Assembly (NCBI GenBank): GCA_950097015.1
Contig: CATNEN010000038.1
Span: 7,936,001-8,000,000 of the forward strand
DNA length: 64,000 bases
From: Macrostomum hystrix
Taxonomy: Eukaryota; Animalia; Platyhelminthes
Direction: 5' to 3'
Shown piece by piece: positions 63,001-64,000 of the stretch (its first letter is position 1; every line of letters starts with the position of its first letter). The notes under the pieces were generated by a model that saw nothing but the letters and a program-made list of their open reading frames with translations, was not told the origin of the DNA and did not search any database. The position numbers were made by a program, and so were the translations under genes.

Positions 63001-63608
63001 GGCTCATTTCTGTGTCATTCGTTCTAGTGTCACTGTATAGGCAGCATTTTTCTCTGCTACTTTTAAAAAAGCAGTCAAGCTGAAAGTAGAATCAATTTAA
63101 GTAAAACTATTCATCACTCAAAAGCTGATCTGGTCTGGTCTGATCTCCGTTACTCACCAATGACGGACCGCAATCGCATTGTTCTCCAGCCTCAACGACG
63201 CCGTTGCCGCAGCTGCCCGTGGACCCGGCGTTGGAAAAGGCCGCATCGGGAGCGTCCCTCAGACAGGACCGCCAAATCGCGTCGACTTGATTTCGCCAGG
63301 TGTCCCAAGCGCAAGAGGACCAGTTGAGGAGGCCCCTGCAGTGGAGAGATTTCGGGCTATTGGTCCACTCTCATTTGGCTTTACCATTCGAATTTCAATA
63401 ATGTTATCAACGTGTAGACTGCCTAAACATAAATTAAATTTTGCTCACTGAATACTCACCTGAAGCTTGAATCCAGTATGTAATTCATGATGCAGCCGTT
63501 CGAGCTGGGACAGGTGCAGCCGGACACGTCTTCAACGTTGCTGAAGCCGAGCAGCGCGCCGATGGAGTGAGCGACCAGCCAGGCAGCGTTGACGGGCTCC
63601 GTGAGATC
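60034..63608 (-). CDS. ADAM-family protein with non-catalytic reprolysin domain, disintegrin, Cys-rich, EGF, Thr-rich stalk, TM and short tail; 5' part lies beyond the window
   Basis: Exons 63608-63460 (AHSIGALLG, CIM Met-turn), 63335-63158 (CGNGVVEAGEQCDCG), 62657-62430 (CASGSCC..CR...GPCDVAETCDG), 61921-61725 (FCYNGEC), 61469-61295 (CGLLHC, VPDGAFCG), 61071-60891 (CHGNGV...CYCKPGFAPPDC), then stalk, TM (about 60348-60448) and tail ending EYEND* at 60034. Confidence 0.88.
62190..62380 (+). mobile_element. Diverged SINE copy in an ADAM intron
   Basis: TCTACTGTCATCAAA...TGCCCATAGCCCTCCTGC matches the family 3' end. Confidence 0.65.
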
Positions 63609-64000
63609 CTGAAATTCAAGAATGTCAACAACCGTGTTGATTATTGTGTTGGTCGGGTGCTTCGTTTATCCGGATTTATTAAAACGACAGTTTCCCGAAT
63701 GCTTGACTTTTGTCTATGGTGAAGAACTGGCTCGTTTATTGTTTACTCACTGGGTCCTTAGAAACTTTGTCTGCTTGCTTTCCATTATTTCTATTCTGTT
63801 TCTGACCTCGCTCTAATTCTCTGTTTTTCCACCTCTGCCGTTCCTTGATCTCCTTTTTTTGCCACCTTCTGATTGGTCCGCCTCTCACCTGCTAGCCTCT
63901 CTCTTTTAGCACAGTCACTTAGTCACTCACTTGTGATTGCATCGACAGCGGGTATCCAGTAGGTCCAACTTTCCATACTATAAATATACAGTCAAGATCC

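Overview
Eukaryotic (animal) genomic DNA with GT-AG introns, GC-rich exons and unusually dense locus-specific minisatellites. The style suggests the flatworm Macrostomum lignano, which is an inference and not proven. On the + strand there is one PLAC8/cornifelin gene. On the minus strand there is a co-oriented run of conserved genes: a TASOR-like gene (HUSH subunit; DomII+PIN recognised by recalled similarity), OLA1, Ral, ARP2, Cab45/SDF4 and BACE. Also on the minus strand are a catalytically dead ADAM running off the right end and a partial ADAM duplicate. Mobile DNA includes a Helitron, an RTE-type LINE with a 5' inversion, a Merlin/IS1595-like relic, a Tc1/IS630-like element and tRNA-derived SINEs. 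Highlights: (1) Ral has two alternative last exons, one palmitoylatable (CCCSVL) and one polybasic (KKPKKRRCEIL), mirroring KRAS4A/4B. (2) An invertebrate TASOR-like gene lies next to a sharply CpG-depleted transposon block. (3) A Ral 3' splice site is amplified about 70-fold. (4) A non-L1 retrotransposon shows a textbook twin-priming structure. Exon coordinates were derived by hand from splice signals and frame continuity. Most long ORFs in the supplied track are artefacts of tandem repeats.
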